DNA of 64,000 bases, taken from Hydrurus foetidus. Taxonomy: Eukaryota. This document shows, piece by piece, positions 18,908 to 26,641 of the stretch. Below the pieces are notes generated by a model. That model was not told the origin of the DNA. It made no database searches and saw only the letters and a list, made by a program, of their open reading frames with translations. Made by a program: the position numbers and the translations under genes. The stretch's first letter is position 1, and each line of letters begins with the position of its first letter. Where the stretch lies: the NCBI GenBank assembly GCA_900617105.1, contig UYFQ01000001.1, positions 558,001-622,000 on the forward strand, read 5' to 3'.

Positions 18908-19941
18908 CAGCGTGGTGCGTCTGATTGTGTGTCTAAAGCGACCGCGAGATGGCCCATAGCGGCATCCCAATGCCCAGCCAAGGTTTCCAGCACGGGGGCC
19001 AAGTCGGCAGGCTTTTTCGACATGACGGCGCGGGCCGCTTTGAGCAGCAGCATTTTGGTGGTGTCAGAGATCGCTGTAAATTCCACAGCCGCAGCCTCAA
19101 GCCCGCCGTCTGGTGCCCCTTGTCCGTTCGCCCCTGTATTCGTCTCTAACCAACGCAGGTGGTAAGCCGCCAGCTCAGCGCCTGAACCCAGTTGGCGCAA
19201 ATTGGCAAAGGCATAGGCGTGGTAGGCCGCCAGCCCCTGAGGCTTCAGCGCTTCAATGTCGGCCACAAAGCGCGGCAAGTAGGCGGTGATGGGGTTGGTT
19301 GCAGGGCGGCGCTCAAAGTGCTTGCGCAGCAGCGTTTTGGCGATGGCGGCCAAATCCTGCGGGCTGCGGCACTGGAGGCGGTCAAGCCGGACAAACTCCG
19401 CAAAAAATGGCATGAACGCCGGATCGTGCGCAAAGCCCACACGGAACAAATTGACGAAATCTTCACCGCTCAGCTGGTGGTAGCTGCGGTTGTGAAAATA
19501 CCCCAGCGTTTGGGCTGTGGTGTCGATTTGCGCGATGGCGATGGTGGTTTTGACGTGGTTGCGCCGGTAATCTGTGCCAGCGGTGTCGGGCAGGTGAAAC
19601 GAGTCGATCTCGGTCAGCACCAAGCGGCCACGTTGCAGCTGTTCGCTGGCGTTGTCCAGAATCGAGCGCCACACGTTCAACTCATGCACGTGCAGGCCGT
19701 AGAGCGCCGCCAAATCTTCGTGGGGCGGTTTGTAAAACGTCCACTGGTCGCCGTCAAAATCATTGGCCAGCACCATGCCCATGCAGGCGGCAGGCTCCAG
19801 GCCCAGCGCATTCAGCACCTCAATCCACACGTCGATGTAGCAGTTGGTTTCTACCCAAGCGCGGGTTTCGCCATGCAGGGTGTGCGGGACATACGGGGTG
19901 TCCTCGGCTGCATCCAGGTGGGGGAGTGCACTTGCTCGCAT
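18907..19941 (-). CDS. DUF1839-family protein (possible Cys/His papain-like acyltransferase)
   Basis: WVETNCYIDVW, DFDGDQWTFYKP, DSFHLPDTAGTDY, HVKTT, YFHN and FANLRQLG motifs recognised as DUF1839. Confidence 0.8.
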   Translation of the reverse strand: MRASALPHLDAAEDTPYVPHTLHGETRAWVETNCYIDVWIEVLNALGLEPAACMGMVLANDFDGDQWTFYKPPHEDLAALYGLHVHELNVWRSILDNASEQLQRGRLVLTEIDSFHLPDTAGTDYRRNHVKTTIAIAQIDTTAQTLGYFHNRSYHQLSGEDFVNLFRVGFAHDPAFMPFFAEFVRLDRLQCRSPQDLAAIAKTLLRKHFERRPATNPITAYLPRFVADIEALKPQGLAAYHAYAFANLRQLGSGAELAAYHLRWLETNTGANGQGAPDGGLEAAAVEFTAISDTTKMLLLKAARAVMSKKPADLAPVLETLAGHWDAAMGHLAVALDTQSDAPR

Positions 19942-21107
19942 CAGACGTCTTTCAGCACCAGCAGCAAGTTGGCGTTGGTCGCCAAAATGCGGTCATTGCC
20001 CACCATCAAAGCGGACGAATGGGCATCGCGCAGGTGGCGGCTCATGCTGAATTTGGAATCGTTTTTGTAGCCCATGATGCCGCAAATCAGCAACGCTTCA
20101 GTCACGATCAAAGGCAGTTTGGACGACACGTCCACCTTCAAATTGTTGATTCTGAAGGCGTAGCCCATCGACGACAGCGTGGCTTCCCCTTCGCCCGGTG
20201 TGGAACACAGCGTTTCGTACTCGCTCAGCGCATCGCGGATCACGGCACGCATGTTTTGCAGCTTCACAGTGACTTCGGCCAAACGCAGCGCGGTAGGTGG
20301 CGTGGTGCCAGGGTTGGAGCGGGCTTGGGTGCGCACAAACGCACCGGCTTTGTTGACGGCTGCCGTCACGTTGCCCAGCCACAAATGCACCCACACCAAG
20401 TGCGATACCGGCACCACGGTTTGGCTGGACATCTCGCCAAACGGTTGCGCCATCACTTGGTCTGCTGCGCCGCTGCCTGTCATCAAGAATGGTGGGCTGC
20501 AGGTGCCGCGCATGCCCATCGTGTTCCACGCGCCTTTTTGGGTCAGCGTGTAATCCGCTTTGCTCACCAGCACCAGTGCTTGGTCGTTGTTGCTGGCCTG
20601 CGGGGTACGGCGGGCGGTGATGAGCAAATCATCGGCCTGTGCGCCGTAAGAGATGGTGGTGGCATCTTTGGTGAGGGCAAAGCGGCCTGTATTGTCGAGC
20701 TCGATGGCGCAGCGGCTGGAGCGCATTTCACCGCCCACACCCACTTCAGAGGTGACGGACGCGATCAAATACTGGTGTTCGACCAACTGGGTTAAATAGT
20801 TGCGGTACCACGCTGAATCCATCGCGTGGCGCACGATAGTTACCACCTGAATCTGGTGCATCGCAAAAATCATCGCCGTGGCGGTGCAGTGCTGGCCCAG
20901 CACTTCGCAGATGCCGCAGATGTCCGTCATGCTGGCACCCGCGCCACCCAATGATTTAGGCACGTAGGCGCTGAGCAGCTTGGCGGCTTTCAGCGCGTTG
21001 ATGGCTTCGATGGGGAAGCGTGCTTCAGCGTCCACGGCCTCGGCATTTGGCCCCGCGAACTCGATGGCGATTTTTTTAGCTGTCTGTACCCATTCAGATT
21101 CGATCAT
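19941..21107 (-). CDS. Atypical acyl-CoA/acyl-carrier-protein dehydrogenase
   Basis: ACAD fold motifs DAEARFP, AMHQIQ, TSEVG, WNTMGMRGTCS, GIMGY and RHLRDA. Start at MIESEW preferred. Confidence 0.88.
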   Translation of the reverse strand: MIESEWVQTAKKIAIEFAGPNAEAVDAEARFPIEAINALKAAKLLSAYVPKSLGGAGASMTDICGICEVLGQHCTATAMIFAMHQIQVVTIVRHAMDSAWYRNYLTQLVEHQYLIASVTSEVGVGGEMRSSRCAIELDNTGRFALTKDATTISYGAQADDLLITARRTPQASNNDQALVLVSKADYTLTQKGAWNTMGMRGTCSPPFLMTGSGAADQVMAQPFGEMSSQTVVPVSHLVWVHLWLGNVTAAVNKAGAFVRTQARSNPGTTPPTALRLAEVTVKLQNMRAVIRDALSEYETLCSTPGEGEATLSSMGYAFRINNLKVDVSSKLPLIVTEALLICGIMGYKNDSKFSMSRHLRDAHSSALMVGNDRILATNANLLLVLKDV

Positions 21108-21166
21108 GCGGTGCCCCTGTGAGGTGGTGGTGACGTTAATTCGGAAATTGATTTCTGTACGGCAGC

Positions 21167-21409
21167 TCAAGCTGCTTTCAGCTCTTCGATGGCGTCGCTG
21201 ATGGCGCTGATGCTTTCAAACACACTGCGTTTGAGCATCCGGTCAGGGAATTCCAAATCGAACTCGCCTTCCAATGCCAACATGATGTTGACGCTGGCAT
21301 GCGAAGTCATACCGGCTTGGTACAGGTCGGCATCGTCGGAGAGTGTGGCCACATCCACCGACAGGCGACCTTGTTCGGTGAGGATTTGGCGGATGGCTTG
21401 TTTGGTCAT
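21167..21409 (-). CDS. Acyl/aminoacyl carrier protein
   Basis: 80 aa, acidic. DLYQAGMTSHASV phosphopantetheine Ser motif and LEGEFDLEFPD. Confidence 0.9.
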   Translation of the reverse strand: MTKQAIRQILTEQGRLSVDVATLSDDADLYQAGMTSHASVNIMLALEGEFDLEFPDRMLKRSVFESISAISDAIEELKAA

Positions 21410-21498
21410 AAAAATGGGCGGTTAAAAAATGATTTGAATTCTACTGAGCGACACCGTAACGTGCCGTGATTTGGTCACGGTTTGAGTGCTGTTAAAGG

Positions 21499-22755
21499 TT
21501 ATTTGCTTGCAGCCAAAGCCAAAGCCTGCGCACAAGCATGTCCGCTGGCCCAAGCCCACTGAAAGTTGTAGCCCCCTAACCAACCCGTCACGTCCAGCAC
21601 CTCGCCGATGAAATACAGGCCAGGCTGCTTGGATTCCATCGTTTGCGATGACACATCGCGCGTGTCCACGCCGCCTGCTGTCACCTCGGCCTTTTTGTAG
21701 CCCTCGGTGCCCGTGGGCGTGAGTTCCCACTGGCTTAAAGCCTCCGCCAGCTGGCTCAAGCCTTTGTCCGTCGCGTCACTGATGGGGCGCGTCCACAGTG
21801 GGTTGTGTTGTACCCAGGTATCGGCCAAGCGCGAGGGTACCAGCGCGGCCAGTTCATTGGCAATCAGCTTGCGTGAGCGGGATTTGGCCTGCTGCAACGC
21901 CAGTTGCACATCGGTGCCCGGAGCCAAATTCAGCCGCACTGGGCTGCCCTCAGCCCAGTAGCTGGATATTTGCAGCACGGCCGGGCCGCTCAAGCCCCTG
22001 TGGGTGAACAGCAAATCTTCAGCAAAACTCATCTTCGTTTTTTTGACTCCGGTTTCAATGTGAACCGGCAGCGACAAGCCTGACAACTGCGCGAACGGTG
22101 CCCAGGCTTGCGCGTCAAACGTCAGTGGCACCAGAGCCGGGCGCTGTGTTACCAAGCGCAGGCCAAATTGCTTGGCGATGCGATAGCCAAAATCAGTAGC
22201 CCCAATTTTGGGGATGGACAAACCGCCTGTGGCGATCACCACACTGCGGGTCGTGATGGGGCCACGGTCGCTCTCTAATTCGTAGCTGCTCAAGCCGGTT
22301 GAATCAGCACTAACGGCATTAAACCGTATGTTTTTAACGCCACAAGGCTGCCAGCGCGTGACGCTCCCCCCGCTGGCCGTGGCGGCACCGCATTCCGCCA
22401 GCAGCATCGCAATCAAATCTTCGGCAGAGCGGTCACAAAACAGCTGACCTTTGTGTTTTTCATGGAATGGTATGCCGTGCCGCTGCACCAGCGCGATGAA
22501 GTCTTGCGGCGTGTAGCGACTCAAAGCGCTGCGGCAAAAGTGCGGGTTCTCACCCAAAAAATGCTTTTGTGGTGCAGCCACGTCCAGCTCGCGGTTGCTG
22601 AAGTTGCTGCGCCCCCCACCCGAGATGCGGATTTTTTCCGCTACCTTCTCGCTGTGGTCAAGCACCAGTACGTTCAGGCCTTTTTGCCCAGCCACCCCCG
22701 CGCAAAACAGGCCTGCTGCCCCTGCGCCAATCACTACCACGTCGAATGTTGTCAT
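21499..22755 (-). CDS. HI0933/BaiN-family flavoprotein
   Basis: IGAGAAG, KIRISGGGR, ATGGLSIP, FTHRGLSGP, AEVTAGGV and GWLGGYNFQWAW motifs. Confidence 0.93.
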   Translation of the reverse strand: MTTFDVVVIGAGAAGLFCAGVAGQKGLNVLVLDHSEKVAEKIRISGGGRSNFSNRELDVAAPQKHFLGENPHFCRSALSRYTPQDFIALVQRHGIPFHEKHKGQLFCDRSAEDLIAMLLAECGAATASGGSVTRWQPCGVKNIRFNAVSADSTGLSSYELESDRGPITTRSVVIATGGLSIPKIGATDFGYRIAKQFGLRLVTQRPALVPLTFDAQAWAPFAQLSGLSLPVHIETGVKKTKMSFAEDLLFTHRGLSGPAVLQISSYWAEGSPVRLNLAPGTDVQLALQQAKSRSRKLIANELAALVPSRLADTWVQHNPLWTRPISDATDKGLSQLAEALSQWELTPTGTEGYKKAEVTAGGVDTRDVSSQTMESKQPGLYFIGEVLDVTGWLGGYNFQWAWASGHACAQALALAASK

Positions 22756-22936
22756 AGCCCCGATTGTCGCCGGGCGAACGTTTGCCACTCTATGCTTCCC
22801 TCAAACTCTTCTGGTGGATGATGGCGATGCGGTGGGGCATTTGGCTGGCAAAAACTGTCGCCCGTGGCCAAGGCGTTCAAAGCGCTTTTGATCGAGCAGG
22901 GCGGGGCGTTGATGGATTCTTGGCGTTGAGGGGGGA

Positions 22937-23263
22937 TTAGCCCCAAGTTCTCGAAAAGACTTCATCCAGGGCATCAGTAATGGTGCTGCCGTGGTCTTTG
23001 AGGTCGCCTACCTTTGCACCTAACTTCGCTATAGAAACCGATGCTATTTCAAAGGGGTTGAGAATGACATCAACACCCTCAAACTTGAAGTTTGGCGTGA
23101 CACGGGCAGGCCGAAGATTGGCTGCAACGGGTGCTGTGCGGCGGATCAGGGGTATGACGATACGGCGGCGGACATTGTCAAAAACGGCAGATTGAACCAC
23201 TACCAAAAAGGGAATGCTCTCACCTTGCGGGCCGTTGTTTCGATAGACATCAAACTGGGACAT
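22937..23263 (-). CDS. ccdB: CcdB-family toxin
   Basis: MSQFDVYRN, LVVVQS, RIVIPL and ITDALD motifs. Downstream of a ccdA-like gene. Confidence 0.82.
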   Translation of the reverse strand: MSQFDVYRNNGPQGESIPFLVVVQSAVFDNVRRRIVIPLIRRTAPVAANLRPARVTPNFKFEGVDVILNPFEIASVSIAKLGAKVGDLKDHGSTITDALDEVFSRTWG

Positions 23264-23278
23264 GGACTGCGCTCTGCT

Positions 23279-23554
23279 TTAAAAAGTACAGTGTTCGTCA
23301 GCAAAAGAACCATGCAAATCATTGAACTCGTTGAGCACTTGCGCCATCTCATCGGCTTCTTTCCGCCGTGCTGCCAGTGTTTGCCCGTGCTGCTGAACAT
23401 AGCCCGCAAGCAACATTTCCACCACAGCTGACAAATTCGGTGTGAGGTTGCGGGCTTGGCGTACCAAGTCGTCGCTGAGGGTCAGGTTCACGGGGCGCTT
23501 AGTGGTGCGCTTGCTGCTGCGCGAAATGGATGGATCGAGGGCAAGGGTATTCAT
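23279..23554 (-). CDS. ccdA: CcdA-family antitoxin
   Basis: KRPVNLTLSDDLVRQAR RHH motif, NLSAVVE and C-terminal HGSFADEH. Confidence 0.85.
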   Translation of the reverse strand: MNTLALDPSISRSSKRTTKRPVNLTLSDDLVRQARNLTPNLSAVVEMLLAGYVQQHGQTLAARRKEADEMAQVLNEFNDLHGSFADEHCTF

Positions 23555-23564
23555 AAAATTCCTT

Positions 23565-23587
23565 TCATGCGCATGATATACGCATGA
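23565..23587. promoter_or_regulatory. Putative CcdA operator (nested palindromes)
   Basis: TCATGCGCATGA is a perfect 12-bp palindrome (23565-23576). It lies within TCATGCG-N9-CGCATGA, 10 bp upstream of the ccdA start. Confidence 0.6.
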
Positions 23588-23616
23588 TTTCCCACCTGTC
23601 CAATCCTCTTACACGT

Positions 23617-24408
23617 TTACCCCGCCCGCTTCCCCTCAATCGCCTCATGCAGCGCTACCAGCGCCAGCGTTAGCTTGTGCGCGGGTTCCAGGTAAATCAT
23701 CGGTAGCGCTTGCTCATGCGATTCGCGGATTTTCACGGAGGAGGGCAGGTAAGGTTGCAGCACGGGCAGACCTTCGTCGATCAGCTCTTGCACCATGCGC
23801 TGGGGCAGGTTGGCGCGGGCCTGGAACTGGTTGACGACGATGCCTGTCACGGTCAGGTCGGGGTTGTGGTCAGCGCGGATTTCTTGCACGTTGTCCATCA
23901 ATGTGTACAGCGCTTTGCGTGAAAAATCATCGCAATCGAAGGGGATCAGGCACCCGGCGGCGGCGATCAAGGCTGAGCGGGTGTAAAAGTTCAGCGCAGG
24001 CGGGGTGTCGATGTAGATGCGGTCGTACCCGTCTTCTTTGGCGCTGGCGAGCTGCTTCAGGGCTTCGCGCAGCTTGTAGATTTTTTGGCGTGATTCGAGC
24101 TTGGTTTGCAGCTCGTTCAACCCTGGGCTGGAAAGCATCAGGTGCAGGTTTTCATGCGGTGTGGTAACGATGAACTCTGCAGGCGACACGTTGCGAAAGC
24201 TGTAGCTCAGCGATTGCTCAAAAAATCCGCCCACTGTCGGCAGACCTTCCACAGACTGGTTGCCCAGCAAATAGCTGCTGGAGTTGCCCTGCGGGTCTAA
24301 ATCGACCACGAGGGTGCGCAAGCCCTGGCTGGCGCTGATGGCGGCCAGGTTGCAGGTGATGGTGGACTTGCCAACGCCACCTTTTTGATTGAATACGACG
24401 AGCGGCAT
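23617..24408 (-). CDS. Orphan ParA/Soj-family ATPase
   Basis: NQKGGVGKST, VDLDPQGN and IDTPP motifs. No parB adjacent. Confidence 0.92.
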   Translation of the reverse strand: MPLVVFNQKGGVGKSTITCNLAAISASQGLRTLVVDLDPQGNSSSYLLGNQSVEGLPTVGGFFEQSLSYSFRNVSPAEFIVTTPHENLHLMLSSPGLNELQTKLESRQKIYKLREALKQLASAKEDGYDRIYIDTPPALNFYTRSALIAAAGCLIPFDCDDFSRKALYTLMDNVQEIRADHNPDLTVTGIVVNQFQARANLPQRMVQELIDEGLPVLQPYLPSSVKIRESHEQALPMIYLEPAHKLTLALVALHEAIEGKRAG

Positions 24409-24503
24409 GTTTGAGTTCCTTTGAACTAAGTTGTAAAGATGTTGCGTGCTGCCCGAATTGTGCCGTGCTTAGGTTGCGGGGAACTTGCCGCCTGCTGTAC
24501 AGG

Positions 24504-24647
24504 TACCCCGCTGCTGGTTTGCCAGCTGCTGCTCAACAGGCTGGCAAATCGGTGTTTGAAATCAACCCTTTGCCCTCAGACTTGAACCGGATGGTGGATC
24601 AAACTTGGCATACCACTGCGGCCATCGGACTGAGCACCTTGCTATAA
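24504..24647 (+). pseudogene. C-terminal remnant of a Sir2/CobB-family NAD-dependent deacylase
   Basis: Translates to YPAAGLPAAAQQAGKSVFEINPLPSDL...TAAIGLSTLL*, matching the sirtuin YPAAGLP...EINP motif. The N-terminal portion is absent. Confidence 0.65.
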
Positions 24648-24658
24648 AAATTACGGTC

Positions 24659-24691
24659 TTGACAGACGTTTTAGGCGACGCACTTTGTCGC
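24659..24691 (+). promoter_or_regulatory. Sigma70 -35 box (TTGACA) followed by GCGAC-N7-GTCGC palindrome, candidate WYL operator
   Basis: TTGACA at 24659-24664 and GCGAC(24675-79)-GCACTTT-GTCGC(24687-91), upstream of the operon ending in the WYL gene. Confidence 0.55.
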
Positions 24692-24753
24692 TTTAGCGAA
24701 TAACATGAAGCTTGCCATAAAAATGATTCTGGTAGTAACCAAAGGATTCGAAC

Positions 24754-25113
24754 ATGACCACCACCCCAATCCCCGCAGCGTCTCCTGATGATGGCTCACC
24801 AGCGCAAGACGTGCCTGTGCACACCTTTCGTTTGCGCCCAGATTGCACTTTGCGGCTGGAGTTGCCAGACGATCTGACCCGTGCAGAAGTCAAGCGATTG
24901 CACTTATTTTTGAAATCTGTTGTGGGGATTGCCAAAGGCGTTAGCGTCTTGAACAGCCTCGATGCTGACTGGCCTTTTTCTTCTGAAGATGATGATCTGG
25001 GTACAGAAGGGTTGGATGACGATTGGCAGGACAAAGAGGACGACCAGGATGCTGAAGACAACTTTTTGATTGATCTTGATGATGATTCTGACCAAGACTC
25101 ACGCATTGAGTGA
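24754..25113 (+). CDS. Hypothetical protein with a very acidic C-terminal tail
   Basis: 119 aa with AAGGA upstream. 24 of the last 50 residues are D/E. Confidence 0.7.
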   Translation: MTTTPIPAASPDDGSPAQDVPVHTFRLRPDCTLRLELPDDLTRAEVKRLHLFLKSVVGIAKGVSVLNSLDADWPFSSEDDDLGTEGLDDDWQDKEDDQDAEDNFLIDLDDDSDQDSRIE

Positions 25114-25160
25114 TATTGAATCCTCAAACACAGATGTACCACACGTTAAGAAACTGAAAA

Positions 25161-26636
25161 ATGACTACAGATTTAATACCACTGACTGATGATCAATTAC
25201 TGGAAATTTTTGATAAAAATCCAAAATTCAAAATATCCCGTGATAAATGGAAAGACCCCTCTGATACGGATAATTTTTGCAAGTTTATCAGAGCTGTTCA
25301 TGATACTGGTTTAGATATATGGCATGTTAATATAAATAATGAAATTCGATTTGGTCGAAATGGAGGGAAGACTAAAGTTGGAGATTTTGTTCTTGGGCGA
25401 GTAATAGGAATAAAACCTCGAAAGTTAGTGTGGAATCACGATTTGGCTGGTATGGTTAGATCGGAGCGAAAAGGTCTTCCGCTCACATCTGATTTGGTTG
25501 AAAAATTGGAAAATATATTAAAAAATAAAAAAACAGAATTTAAAAATTGGAAACATATTGGCGATGAACGTCCAGGGTATTGGCCCAATCAAATTGGGCT
25601 TGAAGAAGATGAAGATGAAGAAAATAAATCTGTTGATGACAACGTAAGTGAAAATAAAAAACAGGCAATAAATATAATTTACTACGGCCCACCCGGCACG
25701 GGTAAAACATTCAAATTGCTTGGCAAGTTGAAAGATGATTACACCGATAAAGGTTTAAAACGTTACGAATTTGTTACTTTCCACCAATCGTATGGCTACG
25801 AGGATTTCGTAGAAGGTTTGCGTCCTGTTATCACGAATACGACTCAGGATAGCAGCAAGGCAGCAGGTGAGTCGAATGGCGAAATACGCTATGAAATTAA
25901 GAATGGTGTTTTTCTGCGTTTGTGTGAACGAGCACGTAAGGATCCGGAAAAACGCTATGCAATGGTTATTGATGAGATTAACCGAGGAAATATAAGTAAA
26001 ATTTTTGGAGAATTAATTACACTTATAGAAGCCGATAAGCGCAAGGGGGAGAAGAATGAGATCGGGGTGGTATTGCCTTATTCTGGTAATTCCTTCTGCG
26101 TGCCTGCCAATGTTGATGTGATTGGAACAATGAATACGGCAGATCGCTCTCTGGCGCTGATTGATACCGCGCTGCGTCGTCGTTTCGAATTTGAAGCCGT
26201 GATGCCCGATTCTTCGGTTTTGAAGGGTATTGATATTTTAAAAGATGGTGAAAATGTCGGCATCGATATCGTGGAAATGCTTACGAAGCTAAATGATCGA
26301 ATCGAAGTACTGTATGACCGAGATCACACGGTGGGGCACGCTTATTTCACCTCGCTAAAAGATAATAAAAATAACTTCGCAGTGCTGCAAGCCATCTTCA
26401 AGAACAAAATTATTCCTCTTTTGGAAGAGTATTTTTTTGAGGATTGGCAAAAAATTCGCTTGGTGCTTGGTGATAATCAAAAAAAATCTGAAGATAATAA
26501 ATTTATCCAGGAAAAGAAGTTTCCTGAACTGTTTGGCTCAAACCCTGGATTAGATATATTTCGACCTCGATATATATTGAATCCTGCCGCACTGAAAATT
26601 CCAAAAGCGTATGTTGAAATTTACGAAAAAAGCTAA
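25161..26636 (+). CDS. mcrB: McrB-family AAA+ GTPase with unrecognised N-terminal domain
   Basis: GPPGTGKT, VTFHQSYGYEDFVEG, IDEINRGN, MNTADRS, ALRRRF, GHAYF and IIPLLEEYF motifs. Strongly AT-rich. Confidence 0.93.
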   Translation: MTTDLIPLTDDQLLEIFDKNPKFKISRDKWKDPSDTDNFCKFIRAVHDTGLDIWHVNINNEIRFGRNGGKTKVGDFVLGRVIGIKPRKLVWNHDLAGMVRSERKGLPLTSDLVEKLENILKNKKTEFKNWKHIGDERPGYWPNQIGLEEDEDEENKSVDDNVSENKKQAINIIYYGPPGTGKTFKLLGKLKDDYTDKGLKRYEFVTFHQSYGYEDFVEGLRPVITNTTQDSSKAAGESNGEIRYEIKNGVFLRLCERARKDPEKRYAMVIDEINRGNISKIFGELITLIEADKRKGEKNEIGVVLPYSGNSFCVPANVDVIGTMNTADRSLALIDTALRRRFEFEAVMPDSSVLKGIDILKDGENVGIDIVEMLTKLNDRIEVLYDRDHTVGHAYFTSLKDNKNNFAVLQAIFKNKIIPLLEEYFFEDWQKIRLVLGDNQKKSEDNKFIQEKKFPELFGSNPGLDIFRPRYILNPAALKIPKAYVEIYEKS

Positions 26637-26641
26637 ATTAG

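Noticed and set aside
17742..20795. Long plus-strand ORFs (17742-18662, 19192-20070, 19926-20795) and similar antisense ORFs such as 59021-59947
   Set aside because: These are shadow frames of well-supported genes in GC-rich DNA, with no recognisable motifs.
22937..24408. Integrated plasmid suggested by ccdAB plus parA
   Set aside because: There are no rep, parB, iteron or transfer genes, and the ParA looks like an orphan chromosomal type.
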